Shown here piece after piece: positions 1 through 8,371 of a stretch of 64,000 bases of DNA (position 1 is its first letter; the number at the start of each line of letters is the position of its first letter). The stretch is from Escherichia coli (GTDB lineage Bacteria; Pseudomonadota; Gammaproteobacteria; Enterobacterales; Enterobacteriaceae), in NCBI RefSeq assembly GCF_001677475.2, contig NZ_CP015229.1; one strand, written 5' to 3'. The notes beneath the pieces were generated by a model. That model saw nothing but the letters and a program-made list of their open reading frames with translations, was not told where the DNA came from and did not search any database. Position numbers and translations under genes: made by a program.

Positions 1-24
1 TGCGTTGACACAAGGGGAAGTTAA

Positions 25-1029
25 ATGAAAACAGAACGTATTCTCGGTGCTCTTTATGGGCAGGCGTTAGGGGATGCGATGGGGATGCCCTCCGAGCTTT
101 GGCCACGCAGCCGCGTTAAAGCACACTTTGGCTGGATTGACCGTTTTCTGCCTGGACCAAAAGAGAATAACGCGGCCTGTTATTTTAACCGCGCCGAATT
201 CACCGACGATACCTCGATGGCACTGTGTCTGGCGGATGCGTTACTGGAACGTGAAGGCAAGATCGATCCGAATCTGATTGGGCGTAATATTCTCGACTGG
301 GCGCTGCGTTTCGACGCCTTTAACAAAAACGTACTAGGTCCGACCTCGAAGATTGCTCTCAACGCCATTCGCGACGGTAAACCCGTTGCTGAACTGGAAA
401 ACAACGGCGTGACCAACGGCGCAGCGATGCGCGTCTCGCCATTAGGCTGTTTGCTTCCGGCGCGTGATGTTGATTCCTTTATTGATGATGTGGCGCTGGC
501 GTCCAGCCCGACCCATAAATCCGATCTGGCAGTTGCAGGTGCGGTAGTCATCGCATGGGCGATTTCTCGTGCCATTGACGGAGAAAGCTGGTCAGCGATT
601 GTTGATTCACTGCCTTCAATTGCGCGACATGCACAGCAAAAACGCATCACTACCTTCAGCGCATCACTGGCAGCACGTCTGGAGATTGCGCTGAAAATTG
701 TGCGCAATGCCGACGGCACTGAATCCGCCAGCGAACAGCTTTACCAGGTCGTTGGCGCAGGTACCAGCACTATTGAGTCCGTTCCGTGCGCCATTGCGCT
801 GGTTGAACTGGCACAAACCGACCCGAATCGCTGCGCCGTCCTGTGCGCTAACCTTGGCGGCGACACAGACACCATCGGTGCTATGGCGACGGCGATTTGC
901 GGCGCGTTGCATGGCGTTAAGGCTATCGATCCTACGTTAAAGGCGGAACTGGATGCGGTAAATCAGCTTGATTTCAACCGCTATGCCACAGCGTTGGCGA
1001 AATATCGTCAACAACGGGAGGCGGTATGA
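25..1029 (+). CDS. yegU: ADP-ribosylglycohydrolase family protein
   Basis: 334-aa ORF; translation recognised as E. coli YegU-like ADP-ribosylglycohydrolase; stop overlaps start of next gene (ATGA at 1026-1029). Confidence 0.85.
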   Translation: MKTERILGALYGQALGDAMGMPSELWPRSRVKAHFGWIDRFLPGPKENNAACYFNRAEFTDDTSMALCLADALLEREGKIDPNLIGRNILDWALRFDAFNKNVLGPTSKIALNAIRDGKPVAELENNGVTNGAAMRVSPLGCLLPARDVDSFIDDVALASSPTHKSDLAVAGAVVIAWAISRAIDGESWSAIVDSLPSIARHAQQKRITTFSASLAARLEIALKIVRNADGTESASEQLYQVVGAGTSTIESVPCAIALVELAQTDPNRCAVLCANLGGDTDTIGAMATAICGALHGVKAIDPTLKAELDAVNQLDFNRYATALAKYRQQREAV

Positions 1030-1991
1030 GCGGCGCTCGATTACACACGCTGCTGCCTGAATTAACCACGCGTCAGCCAGTTATGGTGATTGGCGCGGCG
1101 GTCATTGATGTGATCGCCGACGCTTATGCCCTCCCCTGGCGTGGGTGCGATATCGAACTGAAACAGCAGAGCGTTAACGTTGGCGGCTGCGCCCTGAATA
1201 TTGCCGTGGCGTTAAAACGCCTCGGCATCGAAGCGGGTAACGCCTTGCCGCTCGGTCAGGGCGTGTGGGCGGAGATTATTCGCAACCGGATGGCAAAAGA
1301 GGGCTTAATCAGCCTGATCGATAACGCCGAAGGTGATAACGGCTGGTGTCTGGCGCTGGTTGAGCCGGATGGCGAACGCACTTTTATGTCATTCAGCGGT
1401 GTGGAAAATCAGTGGAATCTCCAGTGGCTGGCGCGATTAACCGTTGCGCCTGGCAGCCTGCTCTATTTTTCCGGTTATCAACTGGCCTCGCCCTGCGGCG
1501 AATTGTTAGTGGAATGGCTGGAAGAGCTGCAAGACGTGACGCTGTTTATCGATTTTGGCCCACGTATTGGCGATATCCCGGATGCATTACTGGCGCGGCT
1601 CATGGCCTGTCGACCTTTAGTGTCACTTAATCGTCAGGAGGCTGAGATTGCCGCCGAACGTTTTGCTTTATCCGCAGAGATAACAACACTTGGCAAGCAA
1701 TGGCAGGAGAAATTTGCCGCGCCGTTGATCGTTCGTCTCGATAAAGAAGGCGCATGGTATTTCAGCAACGACGCTTCTGGCTGCATTCCGGCATTTCCAA
1801 CGCAAGTTGTAGACACCATTGGGGCGGGCGACAGTCATGCAGGTGGCGTACTTGCCGGGCTGGCCTCTGGTCTGCCACTGGCGGATGCCGTATTACTGGG
1901 CAATGCAGTGGCGTCGTGGGTTGTCGGGCATCGGGGCGGTGATTGTGCGCCAACGCGCGAGGAACTACTCCTCGCACACAAAAACGTATAG
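1026..1991 (+). CDS. yegV: PfkB-family sugar/nucleoside kinase
   Basis: 321-aa ORF with PfkB-type C-terminal motif (GAGDSHAGG); translationally coupled to yegU. Confidence 0.85.
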   Translation: MSGARLHTLLPELTTRQPVMVIGAAVIDVIADAYALPWRGCDIELKQQSVNVGGCALNIAVALKRLGIEAGNALPLGQGVWAEIIRNRMAKEGLISLIDNAEGDNGWCLALVEPDGERTFMSFSGVENQWNLQWLARLTVAPGSLLYFSGYQLASPCGELLVEWLEELQDVTLFIDFGPRIGDIPDALLARLMACRPLVSLNRQEAEIAAERFALSAEITTLGKQWQEKFAAPLIVRLDKEGAWYFSNDASGCIPAFPTQVVDTIGAGDSHAGGVLAGLASGLPLADAVLLGNAVASWVVGHRGGDCAPTREELLLAHKNV

Positions 1992-2711
1992 ATCGCTGCG
2001 ACAGTGGCTAATGCTGTACTCAATAGGCCGTTGCTGTTGGTCAAGCGCCACTTGCTTGATCACCAGCACCGGTATTTTGCTATCTAACTGAATATGTGAC
2101 TGAAACTCGGCATCCGGCATCCGGGCGCTAACGCGGGAACGCGTACGTTGTGGGTAAATGTGCTGGCTGCGGAAATAGTCATAAAGAGAAATTCCGATGG
2201 CATCAACATCATGAATTAAATGCGCCGGAACCCACGATTCCTCAATCGATACCGCTTCTTCATCGACATAGCGAATACGCTTAAGCAAAAAGACATCACT
2301 TCCCGCTTCGACCGCCAGCTGCTGCGCGACTTCTTCGGGACATTTCACGACACGCTTGTTAACCCATAACGTATCGGGCTTTTTCCCGCGCAATACCACC
2401 TGCTGAGAAAAACCTCGCGCTTCTTTCAACGAGTATTCGAAGATGTTGTTGATCTGCGTGCCGTAACCACGCGAACGCGTCACCACACCCTCTTCTTCCA
2501 GCACCTGCATCGCCTTGCGCACCGTAATGCGCGAAACGCCGGTTAACTGACTTAAATCACGCTCACCGGGCAAAATATTGCCATGCTCCAGCACCCCGCT
2601 GCGCACGGCATTTTTTACCGTTTCGGCAAACTTGATATAAAGCGGCGTGTTATCCGTCGCTAAAATACGCTCGTTCAGTTGGGCAATCAGCTGGGTATGC
2701 GCTTGTTCCAT
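1965..2711 (-). CDS. yegW: GntR-family (HutC-like) transcriptional regulator
   Basis: 248-aa ORF; N-terminal GntR HTH (RDLSQLTGVSRITVRKA) plus effector-binding domain; 3' end overlaps yegV 3' end by 27 bp. Confidence 0.85.
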   Translation of the reverse strand: MEQAHTQLIAQLNERILATDNTPLYIKFAETVKNAVRSGVLEHGNILPGERDLSQLTGVSRITVRKAMQVLEEEGVVTRSRGYGTQINNIFEYSLKEARGFSQQVVLRGKKPDTLWVNKRVVKCPEEVAQQLAVEAGSDVFLLKRIRYVDEEAVSIEESWVPAHLIHDVDAIGISLYDYFRSQHIYPQRTRSRVSARMPDAEFQSHIQLDSKIPVLVIKQVALDQQQRPIEYSISHCRSDLYVFVCEE

Positions 2712-2762
2712 TTGTCTTTTTCCTGCCGGGGAGTCTGGTGGGAGTATATCACTGCTTCTTAT

Positions 2763-3590
2763 TTAAGGCGTTTCTTTAATCCCATCAACGAATGCCTGCA
2801 ACTCCTCCGCCGTGCCATTAAACACATTAAAATCCACCGGACCATTGATGCCATCTACCTGTCCACGGTCGGAATGCTGCCAGAAGCGCCAGGCCATTCC
2901 GTCATTGTCCGGACGACGTTGATAATAGTGAGCCACCCACCACGGATATTCATTGAAATAGCCCGCCAGATTCGAGTGATAAAAAACGGCTCCTGAGTAA
3001 ATAATCGGCTTTTTTCCCGTGCGTTTTTCGACCATTTTTAGCCACTGACTTACCCGCTTGCGTAATTCTTTTGCCGATAATTTTCCCCGTTCTTCTACGT
3101 CCAGCACGGCAGGGAGATCGCCGTGGGCAAAATCCACCGTTTGCAGAAATAATCGCGCCTGAACTGAAGCGGATACCGACGGGGACAAATAATGATACGC
3201 CCCGCGCAGCAGGCCATTTTCGCGGCTTAGTTGCCAGTTACGCGAAAAATAGGGGTCCACCAGCTTTTCGCCTTCCGTCGCCTTGATAAAGGCAAACTGC
3301 AAGCGAATACCGTTATCGCGCATTTTTGCCACCCGCTGCCAGTCGATTCGCTCCTGCCAGCGTGAAACATCAATACCATGAATGGTGTAACTGGCAGGAA
3401 TGCGAATAGCAAAAGATTTGACCGGACGATAACCGTAGAAGTGGATGTAGTCTTTAATCTGAATTGCTGTCGAGTAGAAAAAATTCACCGTCTGACGCGG
3501 ATAAATTGCAACGATGGAAATTAGCCCAAGAGCGCATAATAAAGCGGTGAATTTTTTTCGACTGGTGATTCTTAGCTGCATTGGTTTCAT
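2763..3590 (-). CDS. yegX: glycoside hydrolase family 25 (lysozyme-like) protein
   Basis: 275-aa ORF with hydrophobic N-terminus; recognised as YegX-like GH25 muramidase; true start may be the internal Met at 3581. Confidence 0.8.
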   Translation of the reverse strand: MKPMQLRITSRKKFTALLCALGLISIVAIYPRQTVNFFYSTAIQIKDYIHFYGYRPVKSFAIRIPASYTIHGIDVSRWQERIDWQRVAKMRDNGIRLQFAFIKATEGEKLVDPYFSRNWQLSRENGLLRGAYHYLSPSVSASVQARLFLQTVDFAHGDLPAVLDVEERGKLSAKELRKRVSQWLKMVEKRTGKKPIIYSGAVFYHSNLAGYFNEYPWWVAHYYQRRPDNDGMAWRFWQHSDRGQVDGINGPVDFNVFNGTAEELQAFVDGIKETP

Positions 3591-3645
3591 CCCTGAATGT
3601 CAGCGCCAAAGACTGACAATAACCAAAGCAGCTATAGTAAGGTGC

Positions 3646-4446
3646 TCACCACCACGCGTGGAAGTGGTGAACCGGACCAATACCGTGACCAACTTCCAGC
3701 GTGTCGGCCTGGGCTAACGCCGATGAAAGCCAGCTTTTTGCCTCCTGTACGGTGTCAGCCCAGTTTGTATGGCGCGGGCGTAGTGCAGCCAACGCCGCAG
3801 AGAGCGTACAACCAGTGCCGTGGGTGTTTTTGGTCATAATGCGCGGTGCAGTAAATCGTTGTTCCCCCTCACGAGTAAACAGCCAGTCCGGGCTTTGCTC
3901 ATCATCCAGATGACCACCTTTCATTAGCACTGCGCCACAGCCCATCGCCAACAGCGATCGCCCTTGTTCCAGCATTTCCTGTTCGGTGCGCGCGTGTGGC
4001 GCGTCGAGCAAGGCGGCAGCTTCGGGCAAGTTTGGCGTTATTAATGAAACCTGTGGCAATAATCGACTGCGCAGCGTAGCAACCGCCGAAGGTGAAAGCA
4101 GCGGGTCGCCGCTTTTTGCCAGCATAACGGTATCAAGTACCACGTTTTTGATCTGATAACGTTGCAACCTTTCTGCCACCGCTTCAACAATATCGGTTTC
4201 CGCCAACATACCGATTTTAGTGGTGTCGATTCGCACATCGCTGAACACCGAATCGAGCTGGGCGGCGACAAAATCAGGCTCAATGCGATACACCGACTGT
4301 ACGCCACGGGTATTTTGCGCCACTAGTGCAGTAATAACTGAGCAACCATAAGCGCCAAGTGCCGAGAAGGTTTTAAGATCGGCCTGAATCCCCGCACCAC
4401 CACTCGGATCAGTACCGGCAATCGTCAGAGCGTTAATTCGTTTCAT
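3646..4446 (-). CDS. thiD: hydroxymethylpyrimidine/phosphomethylpyrimidine kinase
   Basis: 266-aa ORF, recognised as ThiD ([19 protein letters not shown] motif). Confidence 0.95.
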   Translation of the reverse strand: MKRINALTIAGTDPSGGAGIQADLKTFSALGAYGCSVITALVAQNTRGVQSVYRIEPDFVAAQLDSVFSDVRIDTTKIGMLAETDIVEAVAERLQRYQIKNVVLDTVMLAKSGDPLLSPSAVATLRSRLLPQVSLITPNLPEAAALLDAPHARTEQEMLEQGRSLLAMGCGAVLMKGGHLDDEQSPDWLFTREGEQRFTAPRIMTKNTHGTGCTLSAALAALRPRHTNWADTVQEAKSWLSSALAQADTLEVGHGIGPVHHFHAWW

Positions 4447-5231
4447 GCCTGCACCTCCGGCGTCAATTGCCAGAGCGCATCAAGGAAATGTGGAACAAAA
4501 CTGCCTGGCCCCTCGCTTCTGGCGACTGCGCGTTCTCCGGCTTGTTTCATCCAGTGACAGGCAGATGCGGCATTTCCCAGCGTATCGCCTGGTAACGCAC
4601 TACAGGCAGCGACAACCGCCGATAATGCACAGCCAGTTCCCACCACTTTGGTCATTAACGGATCGCCGCCGTGAATGCCAACGGTGCGACGACCATCGGT
4701 AACATAATCCACCTCGCCAGTGACCACGACGATTGCGCCAGTTTCCCGTGCCAGTGTTTGTGCAGCGGGTATCGCATTAGCTACGGCGTCAGTGGTATCC
4801 ACTCCCCGTCCACCATTAGCAACGCCAGCTAATGCCATGATTTCCGAAGCATTACCACGTATGGCGGTTGGCTTATGAGACAGAAGTTCCAGACAAAAAC
4901 GGCGGCGATAGTCGAGTGCACCAACCGCAACCGGATCAAGCGTCCAGGGTGTTTGAGAGCTTTTTGCTTGCTCAACGGCGGCACGCATCGCCTGTGCGCG
5001 TGGCTGCGTCAGTGTGCCAACGTTAATCAGCAACGCACTGGCGATGGCCGCAAACTGACTGGCCTCTTCGGTTTCGATAACCATCGCTGGCGATGCACCA
5101 AGCGCCAGCAAGGTATTAGCAGTAAAGGTTTGCACCACATCGTTGGTCATGCAGTGCACAAGAGGGGAATGTTGGTGAAAAAGGTGTAACGTGTGCGCAG
5201 ATTGCGCGGAACTCAGCAGGTCGACTTGCAT
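4443..5231 (-). CDS. thiM: hydroxyethylthiazole kinase
   Basis: 262-aa ORF recognised as ThiM; 4-bp overlap with thiD. Confidence 0.95.
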   Translation of the reverse strand: MQVDLLSSAQSAHTLHLFHQHSPLVHCMTNDVVQTFTANTLLALGASPAMVIETEEASQFAAIASALLINVGTLTQPRAQAMRAAVEQAKSSQTPWTLDPVAVGALDYRRRFCLELLSHKPTAIRGNASEIMALAGVANGGRGVDTTDAVANAIPAAQTLARETGAIVVVTGEVDYVTDGRRTVGIHGGDPLMTKVVGTGCALSAVVAACSALPGDTLGNAASACHWMKQAGERAVARSEGPGSFVPHFLDALWQLTPEVQA

Positions 5232-5365
5232 AGTTTGCTCCTGCCATAACGTGAAGAAGCAATGACCTGGTGGTCCGTGACTTCCCTACGCTGGCATTAT
5301 CCAGATCAGGTGATACGGGTATTTCTCAGCCTTCACGCAGAAGGGCACCCCGAGTCGTTTGGTTG
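5232..5365 (-). promoter_or_regulatory. TPP (thiamine pyrophosphate) riboswitch in thiM leader
   Basis: Minus-strand sequence reads ...GGGGTGCCCTTCTGCGTGAAGGCTGAGAAATACCCGTATCACCTGATCTGGATAATGCCAGCGTAGGGAA..., the classical thi-box aptamer, immediately upstream of thiM. Confidence 0.9.
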
Positions 5366-5453
5366 CGATGATAAATCGCAGAGGAGGATGGTAATGTCCA
5401 GCGCACGCGTTGTAAACGAGGAAAAACCGCAGTTTTACAATCGCGTTAATAAA

Positions 5454-5726
5454 TTATTTGATATATGAATCCAGCACCTTCAGAACGACATCCAGATCTT
5501 CTTCACGTTTTAGCTCATCCCCCTGGTGAACGATGTGTTCCGTCAGATGACCTTTAATCACTTCCCGCATCAGACCGTTTACCGCGCCACGGATAGCTGC
5601 AATCTGTTGTAAAACTGCAGCGCATTCGTGCGGCTCGTCGAGCATTTTCTTGAGCGCCACGACCTGGCCCTGAATCTTACTGGCACGCGCTTTCAGTTTC
5701 TGTTTATCACGGATTGTATGAGACAT
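5454..5726 (-). CDS. rcnR: Ni/Co-responsive transcriptional repressor (CsoR/RcnR family)
   Basis: 90-aa ORF recognised as RcnR; divergent from rcnA. Confidence 0.95.
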
Positions 5727-5774
5727 GGCAACACCTGGTTAACAAGAACATGAAAAATCATAGCACTATTAATC

Positions 5775-5809
5775 TACTGGGGGGTAGTATCAGGTACTGG
5801 GGGGGAGTA
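5775..5809. promoter_or_regulatory. two RcnR operator dyads (TACT-G6/7-AGTA) in rcnR-rcnA intergenic region
   Basis: TACTGGGGGGTAGTA at 5775-5789 and TACTGGGGGGGAGTA at 5795-5809; G-tract flanked by TACT/AGTA inverted repeats as described for RcnR operators. Confidence 0.8.
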
Positions 5810-5846
5810 GAATCAGATTGCCGAATTAATACTAAGAATTATTATC

Positions 5847-6683
5847 ATGACCGAATTTACAACTCTTCTTCAGCAAGGAAACGCCTGGTTCTTCATCCCC
5901 AGCGCCATCTTACTTGGTGCGCTTCATGGCCTGGAACCAGGGCACTCAAAAACGATGATGGCGGCGTTTATCATCGCCATCAAAGGCACCATTAAACAGG
6001 CGGTGATGCTCGGACTGGCAGCAACTATTTCGCATACCGCAGTGGTCTGGTTGATTGCCTTTGGCGGGATGGTGATCAGCAAGCGTTTTACTGCTCAATC
6101 AGCAGAACCGTGGCTTCAGTTGATTTCCGCGGTGATCATTATTAGCACCGCGTTCTGGATGTTCTGGCGTACCTGGCGCGGCGAACGCAACTGGCTGGAG
6201 AATATGCACGGGCATGATCATGAGCATCATCACCATCATCACGAACATCATCAAGACCACGAACATCACCACGACCATGGACACCATCACGAACATGGCG
6301 AGTATCAGGATGCCCATGCACGAGCCCATGCCAATGACATTAAACGACGCTTTGATGGTAGAGAGGTCACCAACTGGCAAATTTTGTTATTTGGCTTAAC
6401 CGGTGGCCTTATCCCCTGCCCGGCAGCAATTACCGTGCTGTTGATTTGCATTCAGTTGAAAGCCCTGACACTGGGCGCAACACTGGTCGTCAGTTTCAGC
6501 ATTGGCCTGGCGTTAACGCTGGTCACCGTAGGCGTTGGCGCAGCAATCAGCGTTCAGCAGGTCGCAAAACGCTGGAGCGGATTTAACACTCTCGCTAAAC
6601 GCGCCCCCTATTTTTCCAGTCTGTTGATTGGCTTAGTTGGTGTGTATATGGGCGTACATGGCTTCATGGGCATAATGCGATAA
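5847..6683 (+). CDS. rcnA: nickel/cobalt efflux membrane protein with histidine-rich loop
   Basis: 278-aa ORF; N-terminal TM segments, central HxH/HHHHHH tract (about 6207-6335), recognised as RcnA. Confidence 0.95.
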   Translation: MTEFTTLLQQGNAWFFIPSAILLGALHGLEPGHSKTMMAAFIIAIKGTIKQAVMLGLAATISHTAVVWLIAFGGMVISKRFTAQSAEPWLQLISAVIIISTAFWMFWRTWRGERNWLENMHGHDHEHHHHHHEHHQDHEHHHDHGHHHEHGEYQDAHARAHANDIKRRFDGREVTNWQILLFGLTGGLIPCPAAITVLLICIQLKALTLGATLVVSFSIGLALTLVTVGVGAAISVQQVAKRWSGFNTLAKRAPYFSSLLIGLVGVYMGVHGFMGIMR

Positions 6684-6901
6684 CTCAATCCTTTAGGCTT
6701 GCATGTTATCTTCAGCCCAGGATGATTCTTAAATCAGCTATTTCCGCTGACTCTCTGCTCGCTAAGGATGCTTTTAGGGCATCCTTTCATTTACACTTTT
6801 TACGAAATCATGGGATCACTAACAAAATATCGCTTGTCAGTTATATTGTATGGCAGGAAAGATATGCGACTGATATTACAGATCCCCAAAGTGGAGAGTT
6901 T

Positions 6902-7240
6902 ATGACCATTAAAAATAAGATGTTGCTGGGTGCGCTTTTGCTGGTTACCAGTGCCGCCTGGGCCGCACCAGCCACCGCGGGTTCGACCAATACCTCGGGA
7001 ATTTCTAAGTATGAGTTAAGCAGTTTCATTGCTGACTTTAAGCATTTCAAACCAGGCGATACCGTCCCAGAGATGTACCGCACCGATGAGTACAACATTA
7101 AGCAGTGGCAGTTACGTAACCTGCCCGCGCCTGATGCCGGGACGCACTGGACCTATATGGGTGGCGCGTACGTGTTGATCAGCGACACCGACGGTAAAAT
7201 CATTAAAGCCTACGACGGTGAGATTTTTTATCATCGCTAA
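6902..7240 (+). CDS. rcnB: periplasmic Ni/Co homeostasis protein
   Basis: 112-aa product from ATG 6902 (GGAGAG SD upstream) with signal peptide; recognised as RcnB/YohN; the longer ORF from 6722 lacks support. Confidence 0.85.
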   Translation: MTIKNKMLLGALLLVTSAAWAAPATAGSTNTSGISKYELSSFIADFKHFKPGDTVPEMYRTDEYNIKQWQLRNLPAPDAGTHWTYMGGAYVLISDTDGKIIKAYDGEIFYHR

Positions 7241-7246
7241 AAAAAG

Positions 7247-7265
7247 CCCCCTCATCATGAGGGGG
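7247..7265 (-). terminator. intrinsic terminator downstream of yehA (also abuts rcnB 3' end)
   Basis: 8-bp GC stem CCCCCTCA/TGAGGGGG with 3-nt loop; followed by T-run on minus strand. Confidence 0.7.
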
Positions 7266-7321
7266 AAATGCAGACACCTTGTTATTTTTTATTATTAGCC
7301 ACTTGCTCGTCTTGCTTGTTA

Positions 7322-8356
7322 TTAGTCGTATTTCACGTTGATTAATGCGGTTGCCTCCAGTGCGCCAGATTTAACTTTGTTTGTATCGTAGACGTAGTAA
7401 CTGGCTGTTATCGGAATTGAAACCGTTGTATCTGTAAGTTTTGACTTTGCCGCAATTTCTTTTAAATTTGTGTATCCTTTACTGCTGTTAGTGATATTTA
7501 AAAGTGTGACTGGCGAACCATTACTTTCAAGAATAAATCCTACGCCATTATCTTCCGCACCTTTCAGTATTGTGTTGCTGTTGGTTAACAAGTCAGAACT
7601 TGATAAATACACCTGCATTTTCCGTGATGTTTGATTTTGTTGACCTAATAAATTTTTACAACGCAGAATAATATCCCCTTTTTTACTATTTATTGTTGCT
7701 TTGTTACCTGTGGCTGGTAATTGTGAAACGGGAATACTGTCTAAAGTAATTAATAAATCGTCCGGTTTGCAGGTTGTGGTTATCGGGTTGTATGACAATG
7801 TCAGATTAAAGGAATAGACACCTGCATTTTGTGCCAATGCATTTCTGTAGCTATTTACACATGCATCCCATGACTTGCCACCTAATAAACACAGTAGAAA
7901 TTGTACTGCGGCACTCCCGCGTGTCGATGATGAAGCACTGGATAATGTCGCAACTCCATTAATCATCACTGAACCGCCGCCTCCCGCAGAAACATTTACT
8001 TTTGCATTACTGGACGCAGGTGTCACCGTTACCGAATAACCACTGGTGAAACTGGTCTGATTATTTGACAACGTGATGTTGTTTTTATTGGTCCATTCAA
8101 AATGTAAATTTAATTTAATGGTATCGTTATAAAGTCCAACAATAATATCCGACGGGCTCATAGGGGTGATAGTATTTGTACTCACGCATGACGAATCATT
8201 AAAATTATGCTCATAGGTCGCCATTTGTGTTTGAGTAAGTGCAAAATCCCCCTGAACAACCAAATTGTGCTGAACAGATAACTCACTATAACATGCCGCA
8301 TAGCTCACAGGCATAACCATCATCATTAATATAAATAGCATTATGCGAATTTCCAT
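7322..8356 (-). CDS. yehA: fimbrial adhesin-like protein (chaperone-usher system)
   Basis: 344-aa ORF with signal peptide; last gene of AT-rich fimbrial operon. Confidence 0.85.
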   Translation of the reverse strand: MEIRIMLFILMMMVMPVSYAACYSELSVQHNLVVQGDFALTQTQMATYEHNFNDSSCVSTNTITPMSPSDIIVGLYNDTIKLNLHFEWTNKNNITLSNNQTSFTSGYSVTVTPASSNAKVNVSAGGGGSVMINGVATLSSASSSTRGSAAVQFLLCLLGGKSWDACVNSYRNALAQNAGVYSFNLTLSYNPITTTCKPDDLLITLDSIPVSQLPATGNKATINSKKGDIILRCKNLLGQQNQTSRKMQVYLSSSDLLTNSNTILKGAEDNGVGFILESNGSPVTLLNITNSSKGYTNLKEIAAKSKLTDTTVSIPITASYYVYDTNKVKSGALEATALINVKYD

Positions 8357-8371
8357 AGAACCACCTGACTA

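Noticed and set aside
6099-6380. 93-aa Met/Val-rich ORF antisense to rcnA
   Set aside because: Artifact of the His-codon repeat (reverse complement of CAT/CAC gives ATG/GTG).
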